Positions 43,993-53,135 of a stretch of 64,000 nt of DNA are shown piece after piece (position 1 is the first letter of the stretch; every line of letters begins with the position of its first letter). Under the pieces are notes generated by a model, which saw nothing but the letters and a program-made list of their open reading frames with translations, was not told the origin of the DNA and did not search any database. The stretch is from an uncultured Candidatus Saccharibacteria bacterium (GTDB taxonomy: Bacteria > Patescibacteriota > Doudnabacteria > UBA920), in assembly GCA_964612745.1 (NCBI GenBank), contig CAZTCH010000006.1, positions 5,477 through 69,476 on the forward strand. Direction: 5' to 3'. A program made the translations under genes and the position numbers.

Positions 43993-45444
43993 ATGACTAT
44001 ACAAACATCAAAATCACACAGTGCTGCATTTACGTTAATCGAACTAATAGTTTCGGTGTCAATTTTTAGTGTGATTATGTTCGGCATTATGGCGCTCTTG
44101 AGTAATACCTTTACGCTGAATAGGCAACAGTCAGGCTTGCTGGATGATCAAGACCAAGCGCGTAAGCTTAGTTTTGCTTTGATGAATGAATTGCGCAATG
44201 CAACAACTGCAAACACAGGGGCGTATCCGCTAGAAACGGTATCTGCCCAAACGCTCACCTTTTATGCAAACATAGATGGGGGCACAGATATAGAACGGGT
44301 ACGCTACTATTTCCAAAACGGTGCGTTGTACAAAGGAGTGAAAAAGCCAACAGGGAATCCACTGAGTTATACTGCAGCGACAGAAACGAGTACTCGAGTG
44401 CAAGGGAGTATTTCTGGGAACCCAACTATTTTTACGTATTATGATGACTCATATAATGGCGTGACAGGGGCAGCACTGGCGCAACCAGTCAGTGTGGTAG
44501 CGGTGCGATTTGTAAAAGTAGATTTACCAATTCTAAAACGAGCAGGGGTAACCAACACCAACACGTACACCGTAACGGCCCAAGCAGCTGTGCGGAGTCT
44601 GAAAACAAATTTGGGCGATATTCCTGCTCCAACACCCACGCCACCGACGGTGACGTTACAAGCAAACGGTTCGAATGGGCCGGTGGCGGTGGCGTACAAT
44701 GCTGCTGCGTCTTTGGTTTGGACCAGTACAGATACTTCGAGTTGTACGGCGAGCGGCTCGTGGTTGGGTAATGTTGGTGTGAGCGGTACGCAATCTACCG
44801 GTGCTCTGACTATGGGTCAGACGTATACACTAGGATGTACCGGTCCTGGAGGAACTGCCACAGACTCCGTGCAAGTAACGGTAAACCCACCTCCAGCTCC
44901 AACGATGGACCTGTTGGCAAACGGTTCTGCAGGGCCAATTACGTTGGCGTATAACTCAACAGTGACCCTGACATGGTCGAGCACTACAACGACGAGTTGT
45001 ACTGCTACTGGTGGGTGGAGTGGGAGTAAGACCGTGAGTGGTTCGTGGACTTCTGCATCTCTGACCGCGACACAAACATACACTTTACAGTGTACGGGTC
45101 CGGGGGGTGACACGACTGATTCTGTAGTGGTCAATGTGAGCGCTCCACCACCAGTGCAACCGAGCTGTGTGTCTGCAGCGCCACAGTCGACTAACGCCAA
45201 TGGTAACGGAACATTTTACGTGTATGCGTACGGAGTGCAAGATACAACGAGTTTGACGTTCTTTGTGTACAAGGGTGCCAGTCAGTTGCTTATTTCAGGA
45301 GTAGACCAAGGTGGTGGGACATGGCGTGGCTCAGTTAATTTATCACTTATCCCGAGTAAGGGTTGGTATACCGTAGAGACGCTCGTTACGAATAACTCAT
45401 TTAGCGATGTGCTGTGTGCAAGTACACAGTTTAGGAGAAGATAA
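43993..45444 (+). CDS. Prepilin-type N-terminal domain protein (483 aa) with a tandemly duplicated Ig-like domain of about 85 aa.
   Basis: N-terminal SAAFTLIELIVSVSIF. Two near-identical Thr/Ser-rich modules (...ANGSNGPVAVAYNAAASLVWTSTDTSSCTASG... and ...ANGSAGPITLAYNSTVTLTWSSTTTTSCTATG...) are encoded by a DNA tandem repeat at about 44640-45150. Confidence 0.8.
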   Translation: MTIQTSKSHSAAFTLIELIVSVSIFSVIMFGIMALLSNTFTLNRQQSGLLDDQDQARKLSFALMNELRNATTANTGAYPLETVSAQTLTFYANIDGGTDIERVRYYFQNGALYKGVKKPTGNPLSYTAATETSTRVQGSISGNPTIFTYYDDSYNGVTGAALAQPVSVVAVRFVKVDLPILKRAGVTNTNTYTVTAQAAVRSLKTNLGDIPAPTPTPPTVTLQANGSNGPVAVAYNAAASLVWTSTDTSSCTASGSWLGNVGVSGTQSTGALTMGQTYTLGCTGPGGTATDSVQVTVNPPPAPTMDLLANGSAGPITLAYNSTVTLTWSSTTTTSCTATGGWSGSKTVSGSWTSASLTATQTYTLQCTGPGGDTTDSVVVNVSAPPPVQPSCVSAAPQSTNANGNGTFYVYAYGVQDTTSLTFFVYKGASQLLISGVDQGGGTWRGSVNLSLIPSKGWYTVETLVTNNSFSDVLCASTQFRRR

Positions 45445-45451
45445 GAACGCT

Positions 45452-46954
45452 ATGCAATTATATTCTTGGTTTGTCGCTTACCACTATTGGATCGTGTCCC
45501 AATTCAGAACTACTCTGCGGGAAAAGAGCACGTTGCGTGAACGCTCTCGCATTCGGAGCTCTGAAGGGTCTGTTTTGGTCATGGTGACGCTTTTAATTTT
45601 TGTTATATCTTTAGTATTGCTGGCTATCTTAGGGACAGCGACTATGCAGTTACGGCTTGTCCGGAAAACGCAAGACAAAGAATTGGCGTTTCATATTGCA
45701 GAAGCGGGTGCGAATTATTACCAATGGCATTTGGCGCATTTTCCTACTGACTACGCAGATGGAACCGGACAAACGGGGTGTAACCCATGTGGGCCGTATG
45801 TGCATGATTACACTGACTTTGACACGGGGCAGGTGGTTGGCCAGTTTAGCTTAACAATTACACCACCACCAAATGGTACAACTGTGGTAACTATTGCTTC
45901 GACAGGGAGTACCAGTGCAAACCCTTCTGTAGAACGGCGGGTGACCGTAAAGTACGGAGTACCGAGTCTTGCACGGTATGCGTTTTTAACGAATTCAGAT
46001 GTGTGGATTGGGGATTCCGAATCGGTGAGTGGTGAAATGAGTTCGAATGGTGGAATACGATTCGATGGCACGGCGAATGCGCCAATTCAGTCTGCCAAAA
46101 CAACGTACACCTGTCCGAGTTGGTCTGGGAGCCCGTGCCCTGCGACAAAAGCGGGAATTTGGGGGTCAGCATCAACGGCGACGCAAGGGTACTGGCAATA
46201 TCCCGTGCCAAATGTTGATTTTTCTAGCATGACTGCTGACTTGGCGTCCATGAAAACGGCGGCGCAGAGTGCTGGTTTGTACCTGTCACCTTCAAACGCG
46301 CTTGGGTATTCTTTGGTATTTAATGCAAATGGGACTATCAGTGTGTACAAAGTAACGAGCTTTCGTAGTATGACGGGAATATTGGCATCGGATGTGAATG
46401 GTACTGCAGTAACCCCTACGATTGATTACCAAAACCGGACGCTCCAATTTACCCAAGCAATTCCTACCAACGGTGTTATTTTTGTAGAAGATCATGTGTG
46501 GGTCGAAGGTACGGTCAATGGACGCGCCCAAGTGACTGCGGCAAAATTGCCGTATAATCCGACAACTGCTCCGAATATTTATATTCCGAATAACATCTTG
46601 TACACGGCAAAAGATGGGGCGCATGTGCTTGGGCTCATTGCGCAGAAGAATATTGTCGCAACGTACTATGTTCCCACAACGCTCGAAGTAAATGCTGCGC
46701 TTATTGCGCAAAATGGTAGTGTGCAACGGTATCAGTTTGGCGGGGGTAGTTCCAATGTGCGGACAAGCATTACGGTCTATGGTTCTTTAGCCACATTTGG
46801 CCCGTGGACGTGGAGCTATGTTTCGGGTAGTACTGTAGTCTCTGGGTTTACGAACACGTATACTAACTATGATGCGAATTTATTGTACGGTCCACCTCCC
46901 AGTTTTCCATTGACGAGTGATGGATATGTGCAAATGAGTTGGCAAGCAGATTAA
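45452..46954 (+). CDS. PilX-like minor pilin/pilus-assembly protein (large secreted beta-rich protein).
   Basis: A hydrophobic helix VMVTLLIFVISLVLLAILGTATMQLRL resembles the PilX N-terminal domain. The start is uncertain (45407, 45452 or 45578). Confidence 0.6.
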   Translation: MQLYSWFVAYHYWIVSQFRTTLREKSTLRERSRIRSSEGSVLVMVTLLIFVISLVLLAILGTATMQLRLVRKTQDKELAFHIAEAGANYYQWHLAHFPTDYADGTGQTGCNPCGPYVHDYTDFDTGQVVGQFSLTITPPPNGTTVVTIASTGSTSANPSVERRVTVKYGVPSLARYAFLTNSDVWIGDSESVSGEMSSNGGIRFDGTANAPIQSAKTTYTCPSWSGSPCPATKAGIWGSASTATQGYWQYPVPNVDFSSMTADLASMKTAAQSAGLYLSPSNALGYSLVFNANGTISVYKVTSFRSMTGILASDVNGTAVTPTIDYQNRTLQFTQAIPTNGVIFVEDHVWVEGTVNGRAQVTAAKLPYNPTTAPNIYIPNNILYTAKDGAHVLGLIAQKNIVATYYVPTTLEVNAALIAQNGSVQRYQFGGGSSNVRTSITVYGSLATFGPWTWSYVSGSTVVSGFTNTYTNYDANLLYGPPPSFPLTSDGYVQMSWQAD

Positions 46955-46964
46955 CTTTCTTTTT

Positions 46965-47330
46965 ATGAAAATACTTGTATGGCTTTGCGTGTGTGTGGTG
47001 AGTGTTTTGATGGCAGCCGACGTGCACGCTGCACGTGGGGTGGTGCCGAGCATTGCTCCCTTATTTCCGACTCCAGAAAATACGAAGCCAAACTTGGGGA
47101 GGAATATAAATTTTGAAGGGGAGTCAGTGTTTTCAGAACCCACCGCAGCAGAGTTGGCGGAAGGGGAAGCACCTGAAAGTGCAGCGACAAATGCGAAAGC
47201 TGACGGTATTGCTGGAGCGACTGCGCAACAGACGCAGACGTATTGGTGGTGGTTGTTAGGTATCCTTGTAGGTGTGGGGATAATTGGAGCTGGTGGGTAT
47301 TGGTGGTTTGGTATGCGCAAACCAGTATGA
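46965..47330 (+). CDS. Small secreted protein with a signal peptide and a C-terminal TM anchor with a basic tail.
   Basis: MKILVWLCVCVVSVLMAADVHA signal peptide and a C-terminal WWWLLGILVGVGIIGAGGYWWFGMRKPV anchor. Confidence 0.6.
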   Translation: MKILVWLCVCVVSVLMAADVHAARGVVPSIAPLFPTPENTKPNLGRNINFEGESVFSEPTAAELAEGEAPESAATNAKADGIAGATAQQTQTYWWWLLGILVGVGIIGAGGYWWFGMRKPV

Positions 47331-48607
47331 TAATACAAAATTTTTCACAATTAGCGAGTACGGCATTGCGAAAAAAGGCACTGCTTATTGCAGAGGCGGG
47401 GTTAGAAGCAATTGCCACAACACCGCGGGTGCGCGCTGCAGTACGATATAACAAACAGCGTGACGAATTGGTTGTGGAGGGGCACATCTACAAACTCAAA
47501 TCGGTGCGCCGGTTGGTTGTGGTTGGATTTGGGAAAGCTGCGTATGAAGCAGTAACCACGTTGTATAGTATTTTAGGCGACCGGATTTCCGAAGGGTTAG
47601 TAGTAGATCTGAAAGGTGATAGTGTGGGAACTCTGACCACAACTGTTGGGTCGCATCCGTACCCAAGTGCAACCAATGTGACTGCTACGAAACATATTTT
47701 AGAAGTGGTTACTGGAATGACCGCAGAAGATATGGTGTTGTGTGTGGTGAGTGGTGGGGGGAGCAGTTTGTTGTGTTATCCGTACAAGCAGACGTGTGAG
47801 TTGCAGTCGAGCATAGTGCAGGCCCTCATGCATTCGGGGGCAACAATTCAAGAGCTCAATACCGTTCGCAAGCACATGAGTTTGGTAAAGGGTGGGCAAC
47901 TTGCCGCAGCCGCGTACCCCGCAACAGTAGTAAATTTGGTTTTTTCTGATGTCCCAGGGGATGATCCTGCGCTGGTGGCGAGTGGTCCAACATTGTACGA
48001 TCCTTCTACTATTGCTGAAGCAGAAGCCGTATTGCAAAAGTATGCAATTTTAGATAAATGTGGACTTTCCAAATGTGATTTGCACGAAACGCCAAAAGAA
48101 GAAAAATATTTTGCCTCTGTGCATACGCACGTGTTAGTCTCTGGCAAGCTTGCGTTACGGGCTATGGCGGAGAAGGCGGCGAACTTAGGATTTGTAACCA
48201 AAATTTCTTCTGCAGCATATGCAGGAATTGCAAAAGACTTGGCTGTGGAATTTGCCGGTATGCCCAAAAAACGTGAGTGTGTGTTGGCGGCGGGGGAAAG
48301 TACCGTGGTAGTAAAACATGCAGGGAAAGGTGGGCGTAATTTAGAGATGGCGTTAGCGGCACTACCTATACTGGGCCAAGACCAAGTGTTCTTAGCGTTA
48401 GATACTGATGGGTACGACAACACGCCTTTTGCAGGAGCGATAGTAGATGCCCACACAAGAGACGCGGCACAGCGGGTAGGAATGTCACCTGTGGTCGCTC
48501 TGGAGCAGAACGGCAGTTACCAGTTTTTTGAAGCGGTTGGCGACTATATTGCGACGGGGTTAACGGGGGCAAACGTAGCGGATTTCGTGATAAGCATACG
48601 GGATTGA
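47327..48607 (+). CDS. Glycerate kinase, MOFRL family.
   Basis: VVVGFGKAA, VVSGGGSSLL and GKGGRNLE motifs. The ATG overlaps the upstream stop (ATGA). Confidence 0.85.
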   Translation: MIIQNFSQLASTALRKKALLIAEAGLEAIATTPRVRAAVRYNKQRDELVVEGHIYKLKSVRRLVVVGFGKAAYEAVTTLYSILGDRISEGLVVDLKGDSVGTLTTTVGSHPYPSATNVTATKHILEVVTGMTAEDMVLCVVSGGGSSLLCYPYKQTCELQSSIVQALMHSGATIQELNTVRKHMSLVKGGQLAAAAYPATVVNLVFSDVPGDDPALVASGPTLYDPSTIAEAEAVLQKYAILDKCGLSKCDLHETPKEEKYFASVHTHVLVSGKLALRAMAEKAANLGFVTKISSAAYAGIAKDLAVEFAGMPKKRECVLAAGESTVVVKHAGKGGRNLEMALAALPILGQDQVFLALDTDGYDNTPFAGAIVDAHTRDAAQRVGMSPVVALEQNGSYQFFEAVGDYIATGLTGANVADFVISIRD

Positions 48608-48628
48608 GTCATGGTACAATAGTACAGT

Positions 48629-49624
48629 ATGAAAATATGTTTTTGTGAGTCAGACGCTTGGACCGAAAGTCGAGTCCGAGCAACCGTGGGTGACCACGTT
48701 CTTGTTTTTAGCGAGTCGGTCGCAGAAAACGCAGATATTCCTACCGACACCGAAGTGTTATCCGTCTTTGTAAATTCGCGCGTAACCGGTGCGGTCATGG
48801 ATCGGTTGCCAAATTTAAAACTTATTGTGACGCGAAGCACCGGTTACGACCATATAGATAACCAAGCTGCTATTGCACGAGGGATTGTAGTGTGTAATGT
48901 TCCCAGCTATGGCGAACGAACAGTTGCCGAGTACACATTCGCATTACTCCTTGCTGTATCCAGACGGCTCTATCCAGCACTACTTCGAGTGCATACAGAG
49001 AGTTCCTTCCACACTGAAGGACTCACTGGATTCGATTTGGCTGGAAAAACGCTTGGTGTAATTGGGACAGGGAGAATAGGTTGTCATGTGATTGAAATGG
49101 CAAAAGGGTTTGCTATGCACGTGGTTGCCTACGATCCATTTCCTCGCGAAGGGTTGGAAGAGCAGATGGGTATGCGCTACGTATCTCTCGAAGAGCTCTT
49201 GAAAACTTCAGACGTCATAACTTTGCACGCGCCGTATATGGCTAGCACGCACCATTTATTGCACAGTGGGAATATGCCCCACATAAAACGTGGTGCGGTA
49301 CTTATTAACACGGCCCGCGGTTCACTCGTCGAAACAACGGCTCTTGTCGCAGCGCTCGATTCCGGACTGCTTGCGGGGGCGGGGCTGGATGTGTTAGAAG
49401 AAGAGCAATTTTTGGGGGCGGAGAGCGCACTCCTTTCAGGAAAATCTGAAACTGCAAAAATGGAAACAGTGTTGGCGGATCATCAGCTGTTACACTATCC
49501 GAATGTGTTGGTTAGTCCACACAATGCTTTCAATACCATAGAAGCACGCGAACGTATTTTGGATACAACAGTACAAAATATTCACGCATTTGTTTCTGGT
49601 GCGGTGCAACATATTGTGCGGTAA
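48629..49624 (+). CDS. D-isomer-specific 2-hydroxyacid dehydrogenase (hydroxypyruvate reductase/D-lactate dehydrogenase family).
   Basis: NAD-binding GVIGTGRIGCHV and a catalytic region with LHAPYMASTHHL...ARG...H. Confidence 0.9.
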   Translation: MKICFCESDAWTESRVRATVGDHVLVFSESVAENADIPTDTEVLSVFVNSRVTGAVMDRLPNLKLIVTRSTGYDHIDNQAAIARGIVVCNVPSYGERTVAEYTFALLLAVSRRLYPALLRVHTESSFHTEGLTGFDLAGKTLGVIGTGRIGCHVIEMAKGFAMHVVAYDPFPREGLEEQMGMRYVSLEELLKTSDVITLHAPYMASTHHLLHSGNMPHIKRGAVLINTARGSLVETTALVAALDSGLLAGAGLDVLEEEQFLGAESALLSGKSETAKMETVLADHQLLHYPNVLVSPHNAFNTIEARERILDTTVQNIHAFVSGAVQHIVR

Positions 49625-49711
49625 AACAGATGTGGATATCTCACAAGAGAGTAGTGTATGTGGTATACTAAATATACAAATGTAAATGTGTAACTGAAAT
49701 AAAACAGACAT

Positions 49712-50278
49712 ATGGATCAACAAAATTTTTCTCACCCAATAACGAGTCATCCTCAAGCTCCAAAGGCTTCTAAATTGCCTTGGGTGATTTTGGCAGTTAT
49801 CGTAGTAGCTCTTGCAGTATTTGCTATAGTCTTTAGAGACAAGCTCATGTCGGGTGACGACAAGATGCAAGGCGAAGCAAAAGCCAGTGGGTACCAAGCA
49901 GTATTTTTGACCAACGGCCAAGTATACTTTGGGAAATTGTCCGAAGGGCGCAAGGGTCAATACATGCTCCGCGATATTTTCTACTTACAAGTACAGAACC
50001 CATCTATCCAAGGTTCTCAAGAGCAGTCACAACAGCAAGAGCCAAAATTGTCTCTTATAAAACTTGGTGAAGAGCTGCACGGTCCAGTAGACGAAATGGT
50101 GTTGAACAAAGACCACGTACTCTTCTACGAAGACATGAAGACAGACGCAAAAGTAGTACAAAAGATGTTAGAGTATAAAGCAAACCCAACAGCTGCAAAC
50201 CAACAAGGTGCACAGCAGCAGGGCACGCAGCAAGCTCCAGCAGCTACTCCAGTTCCAAGCGCTACTCCAGCGAACTAG
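49712..50278 (+). CDS. Hypothetical membrane-anchored protein with a Gln-rich C-terminus.
   Basis: An ORF with a single TM helix (WVILAVIVVALAVFAIVF). Confidence 0.55.
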   Translation: MDQQNFSHPITSHPQAPKASKLPWVILAVIVVALAVFAIVFRDKLMSGDDKMQGEAKASGYQAVFLTNGQVYFGKLSEGRKGQYMLRDIFYLQVQNPSIQGSQEQSQQQEPKLSLIKLGEELHGPVDEMVLNKDHVLFYEDMKTDAKVVQKMLEYKANPTAANQQGAQQQGTQQAPAATPVPSATPAN

Positions 50279-50330
50279 CTTTCTAGCTTTCTAGCTTTCT
50301 AGCTTTCTAGCTTTCTAGCTTTCTAGAGAA
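50277..50330. repeat. Tandem octamer repeat: about 6.5 copies of AGCTTTCT.
   Basis: Visible directly. The repeat begins at the stop codon of the upstream ORF. Confidence 0.85.
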
Positions 50331-50340
50331 AAACATACGA

Positions 50341-50360
50341 GCCGCCGCAAGGCGGCTTTT
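50341..50360 (+). terminator. Rho-independent terminator (GCCGCCGCAAGGCGGC followed by TTTT).
   Basis: A GC-rich hairpin plus a T-run. Confidence 0.7.
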
Positions 50361-50388
50361 ATGTAGGTAAATGGCATATGTATAAAAA

Positions 50389-50417
50389 CAAAAAACTCCC
50401 GTTAGGGAGTTTTTTTA
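50389..50417. terminator. Bidirectional terminator (AAAAAACTCCCGTTAGGGAGTTTTTTT).
   Basis: A hairpin flanked by A-runs and T-runs. It lies downstream of the rplT stop on the minus strand. Confidence 0.7.
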
Positions 50418-50474
50418 AACTAAGCACCCGCCTCTTCGGCGGGTCACCGAGGAGGTGACTAAGTACTGACTCAG

Positions 50475-50822
50475 TTATTTTGCCAAAGCTTTTGCGAAAG
50501 CATCAAAGCTTTCTGGGGCTTGTACTGCAAGTTCGGAAAGCATTTTGCGGTTAATCAAAATATTTTCCTTTTTCAAGATGCTTGCAAACTTGCTCCAAGT
50601 GGTACCGTTTTCGCGAAGAGCAGCGTTAGCTCGTTGGAGCCACAATGCACGTTGGTCACGCTTGCGGTTGCGACGGTCGCGGTATGCATAGGTGTCAGCA
50701 TGCAGCAACGCTTCACGGGCAAGGGCAAAGTTGGTAGAGCGACGGTTGTCGAAACCTTTTGCGCGCTTGAGTAGGTTCTTTCTTCGTTTGTTGGCGGCGA
50801 CGCCTCGTTTGATACGTGTCAT
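50475..50822 (-). CDS. rplT: 50S ribosomal protein L20.
   Basis: MTRIKRGVAANKRRKNLLKRAKGF... Confidence 0.95.
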   Translation of the reverse strand: MTRIKRGVAANKRRKNLLKRAKGFDNRRSTNFALAREALLHADTYAYRDRRNRKRDQRALWLQRANAALRENGTTWSKFASILKKENILINRKMLSELAVQAPESFDAFAKALAK

Positions 50823-50901
50823 AAAAGTAGCTTCTAGCTACTAGGTATTAGGGGCTAGGCTAGGAAATTTCCTAGCAGCTAGCAGCTGTGACCTAGAAGC
50901 T

Positions 50902-51096
50902 CTATTTATAAGGGATTAAACTCTTGAGCTTGTTGTTGGACTCAGACAGAACTTGGTCACGGCGTTTGTTCTTGGTAACCTTGCCAGTTTCGCGAGAGTT
51001 GTAGTGATCTTGCCCCATAGTGCGGTGCATGATTTTTCCGTTTGGAGTTAAGCGAATCCGTTTGGATGCACCTTTGTGAGTTTTAACTTTAGGCAT
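50902..51096 (-). CDS. rpmI: 50S ribosomal protein L35.
   Basis: MPKVKTHKGASKRIRLTPNGKIMHR... Confidence 0.95.
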   Translation of the reverse strand: MPKVKTHKGASKRIRLTPNGKIMHRTMGQDHYNSRETGKVTKNKRRDQVLSESNNKLKSLIPYK

Positions 51097-51205
51097 AAAA
51101 GTAATTGTTCAAAATTATATGTGATTGTTCAGAATTGTCCAGAATTGAAAATCGCCTGAGAATAGTATTGTTCAATTTTGAACAATCTTGGCCAATTATG
51201 GTCAA

Positions 51206-51835
51206 TTATTTGTTTGGAGCAAGAGTCATGGACATAGTGTTACCCATGCGACGCAAGGGGACTTCTATCCGGTGTGGAGTAGTGAGCTTGCCTTGGAAGT
51301 TGCGCATTTGCTTTTCTGGTAAATCCAAGAAAGCTTGTTCTCTTCCACGCATACGCAGCTCTACTTTTACCAGATCACCATCTTGTAAAAATTCATCTGC
51401 TTGCTTTGCTTTTGTTGCTACATCATGGTCAGAAATTCGGACAGATAAGCGAACAGTTTTGACTTCTACTTTCTTAGCTTTCTTCTTTTGCAGTTGTTCC
51501 GCTTTTTGCTGTTGATAGCGGTACTTGGCAAAGTCTATGACTTTTGCCACTGGCGGTTTTGCGTTAGGGGAGACCTCTACTAAGTCGAGGCCGTGCTCCG
51601 CTGCCAGTTTTAAGGCGTCAGAAAGTGTATATAAGCCAATTTGCTCGCCGTCTTCGTTTACTAAGCGAAGCTCTCGAGCTTGAATTTGATGATTTATCCT
51701 GGTTTTTTCCAATGTTTTTGTACTTAAAGTTTCAAAAACTTCGTGGTAATTATACGGTTTTCCTCTGAATCTGTCAAAAAACCTGAAGACCCTCGAATCC
51801 CGCCCTGTTATGGCTCTTTTTCGCCTATTTCCCAT
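51206..51835 (-). CDS. infC: Translation initiation factor IF-3. The start is uncertain; non-AUG starts are common for infC.
   Basis: INHQIQARELRLVNEDGEQIGLYTLSDALKLAAEHGLDLVEVSPNAKPPVAKVIDFAKYRY... The upstream ORF extension to 51940 contains a palindromic repeat and is unlikely to be coding. Confidence 0.85.
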   Translation of the reverse strand: MGNRRKRAITGRDSRVFRFFDRFRGKPYNYHEVFETLSTKTLEKTRINHQIQARELRLVNEDGEQIGLYTLSDALKLAAEHGLDLVEVSPNAKPPVAKVIDFAKYRYQQQKAEQLQKKKAKKVEVKTVRLSVRISDHDVATKAKQADEFLQDGDLVKVELRMRGREQAFLDLPEKQMRNFQGKLTTPHRIEVPLRRMGNTMSMTLAPNK

Positions 51836-51841
51836 ATAAAC

Positions 51842-51889
51842 CGTTACGAAGGTGACCATGGTAACCGTTACAAGGGTCATCTTCGTAAC
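51842..51889. repeat. Palindromic repeat ACGAAGGTGACCATGGTAACCGTTACAAGGGTCATCTTCGT. This is copy 1; the stem is imperfect.
   Basis: Near-identical to 53085-53135. Confidence 0.6.
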
Positions 51890-52164
51890 CAAGTGCGAGA
51901 AGCTATTGCTTTTTTCACTAGTTTTTGGTATAGTATGCATCGTTGCCCATGTGGCAGTACTTTTATATTTTCTAGGGGGATTTAGTAAAGAGAGAGTTTA
52001 GAGTTAGTGCTTGCGTTGTAGAACACAGGAACCTACTACAAAAATTTTGGTAGCAGATTCCTGTGTTCATATGACAAGAGCTTCATCGCGAAGCAACGTG
52101 AATACGGGGTTAGACCGACAATTGGGCATTTTGCCCCCAGTTGAGGACGTGGAGGCCTCACAAA

Positions 52165-53010
52165 ATGAAGTTTCTCAATTTTTCCCTTCGTATTATGTTT
52201 TTGGCCGCGGTCGTTTTGGCAAGCGCTAACGCGCAAACGTTAATCGTTGTGCATGCATCAGGTCAAAAACAAAAGAGCCTTTCGCCAGGCTGTATCGCTA
52301 CAATTTACGATTCCAGTGTGAATGGCGATACTCCTTACATTGCCAGTCAGCTTCCCTTGAAGACTGAGGCTAACGGAATTCGCGTGCTCGTAAATAAAGA
52401 GCCCTCTGCGCTTTTTTATGTCGGGACCAAGGAAAACGGACAAGTTAACCTTTTGGTCCCAACTCGGCCTGAGTGGGCGGATACCTTGGCGCAAATTGAG
52501 TTGCAAAAAATGATCAACGGTCAGTGGCAAACGACAAATTGGAACTATTTTTCTTTGGCTAAATCTGATCTTGGTCTGTTTACAGCTAATGGGGCTGGAG
52601 GCGGCGTTCCATCTGGGGTGTTCTTAAATATCACTCAAAGCAACGATTCCGCGTATTATCCAATGGTTGGCTTTTCATCCAATGGTTCACCGATCCCGAC
52701 TGTGCATGAGTTGTATCCCTCAGGGTTTACCCGTCAGTATGCTGTGCTGTATCTGACCGGAGGTATGTATTTCACAAATCGTGCTTCTGACGTTGCTGTC
52801 AAGATTGGTGGGCGGTCAGACGTTGCCGAGGTTGTGTATATTGGTCCATCGCAGTTCATCGGCGTCCAGCAGGCTAACATCGAATTAAAATCTGGAGCCT
52901 TGGTAAACAACGGCCTTGCACGCGGGCAAGATCTGGTTTTGGAATTTGCGGGATTTGGTGTGTTACGTTTCCGAAATTCTGCCAACGTCTCCGAACCTGT
53001 TCAAAATTAA
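52165..53010 (+). CDS. Secreted hypothetical protein (signal peptide). Its C-terminus recalls the TIGR03437-type domain (...GGRSDVAEVVYIGPSQFIGVQQANIEL).
   Basis: Signal peptide MKFLNFSLRIMFLAAVVLASANA. The family assignment is tentative. Confidence 0.55.
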   Translation: MKFLNFSLRIMFLAAVVLASANAQTLIVVHASGQKQKSLSPGCIATIYDSSVNGDTPYIASQLPLKTEANGIRVLVNKEPSALFYVGTKENGQVNLLVPTRPEWADTLAQIELQKMINGQWQTTNWNYFSLAKSDLGLFTANGAGGGVPSGVFLNITQSNDSAYYPMVGFSSNGSPIPTVHELYPSGFTRQYAVLYLTGGMYFTNRASDVAVKIGGRSDVAEVVYIGPSQFIGVQQANIELKSGALVNNGLARGQDLVLEFAGFGVLRFRNSANVSEPVQN

Positions 53011-53084
53011 TTACTTTAAACTCTCTTAACCCAAAAAGGCGGTGCGCATTCGTGCTCACCGTCTTTTTGCTTTTTATACCCATG

Positions 53085-53135
53085 CTGTTACGAAGGTGAC
53101 CATGGTAACCGTTGCAATGGTCACCTTCGTGCTAC
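53085..53135. repeat. Palindromic repeat, copy 2 (ACGAAGGTGACC...GGTCACCTTCGT, a perfect 12-bp stem).
   Basis: A direct repeat of 51842-51889. It abuts the IS30 end. Confidence 0.6.

Noticed and set aside
51836-51940. Long N-terminal extension of infC back to the ATG at 51940.
   Set aside because: The extension is made of the 41-bp palindromic repeat and has no homology to IF3 N-termini. The true start is at or downstream of 51835 and is possibly non-AUG.
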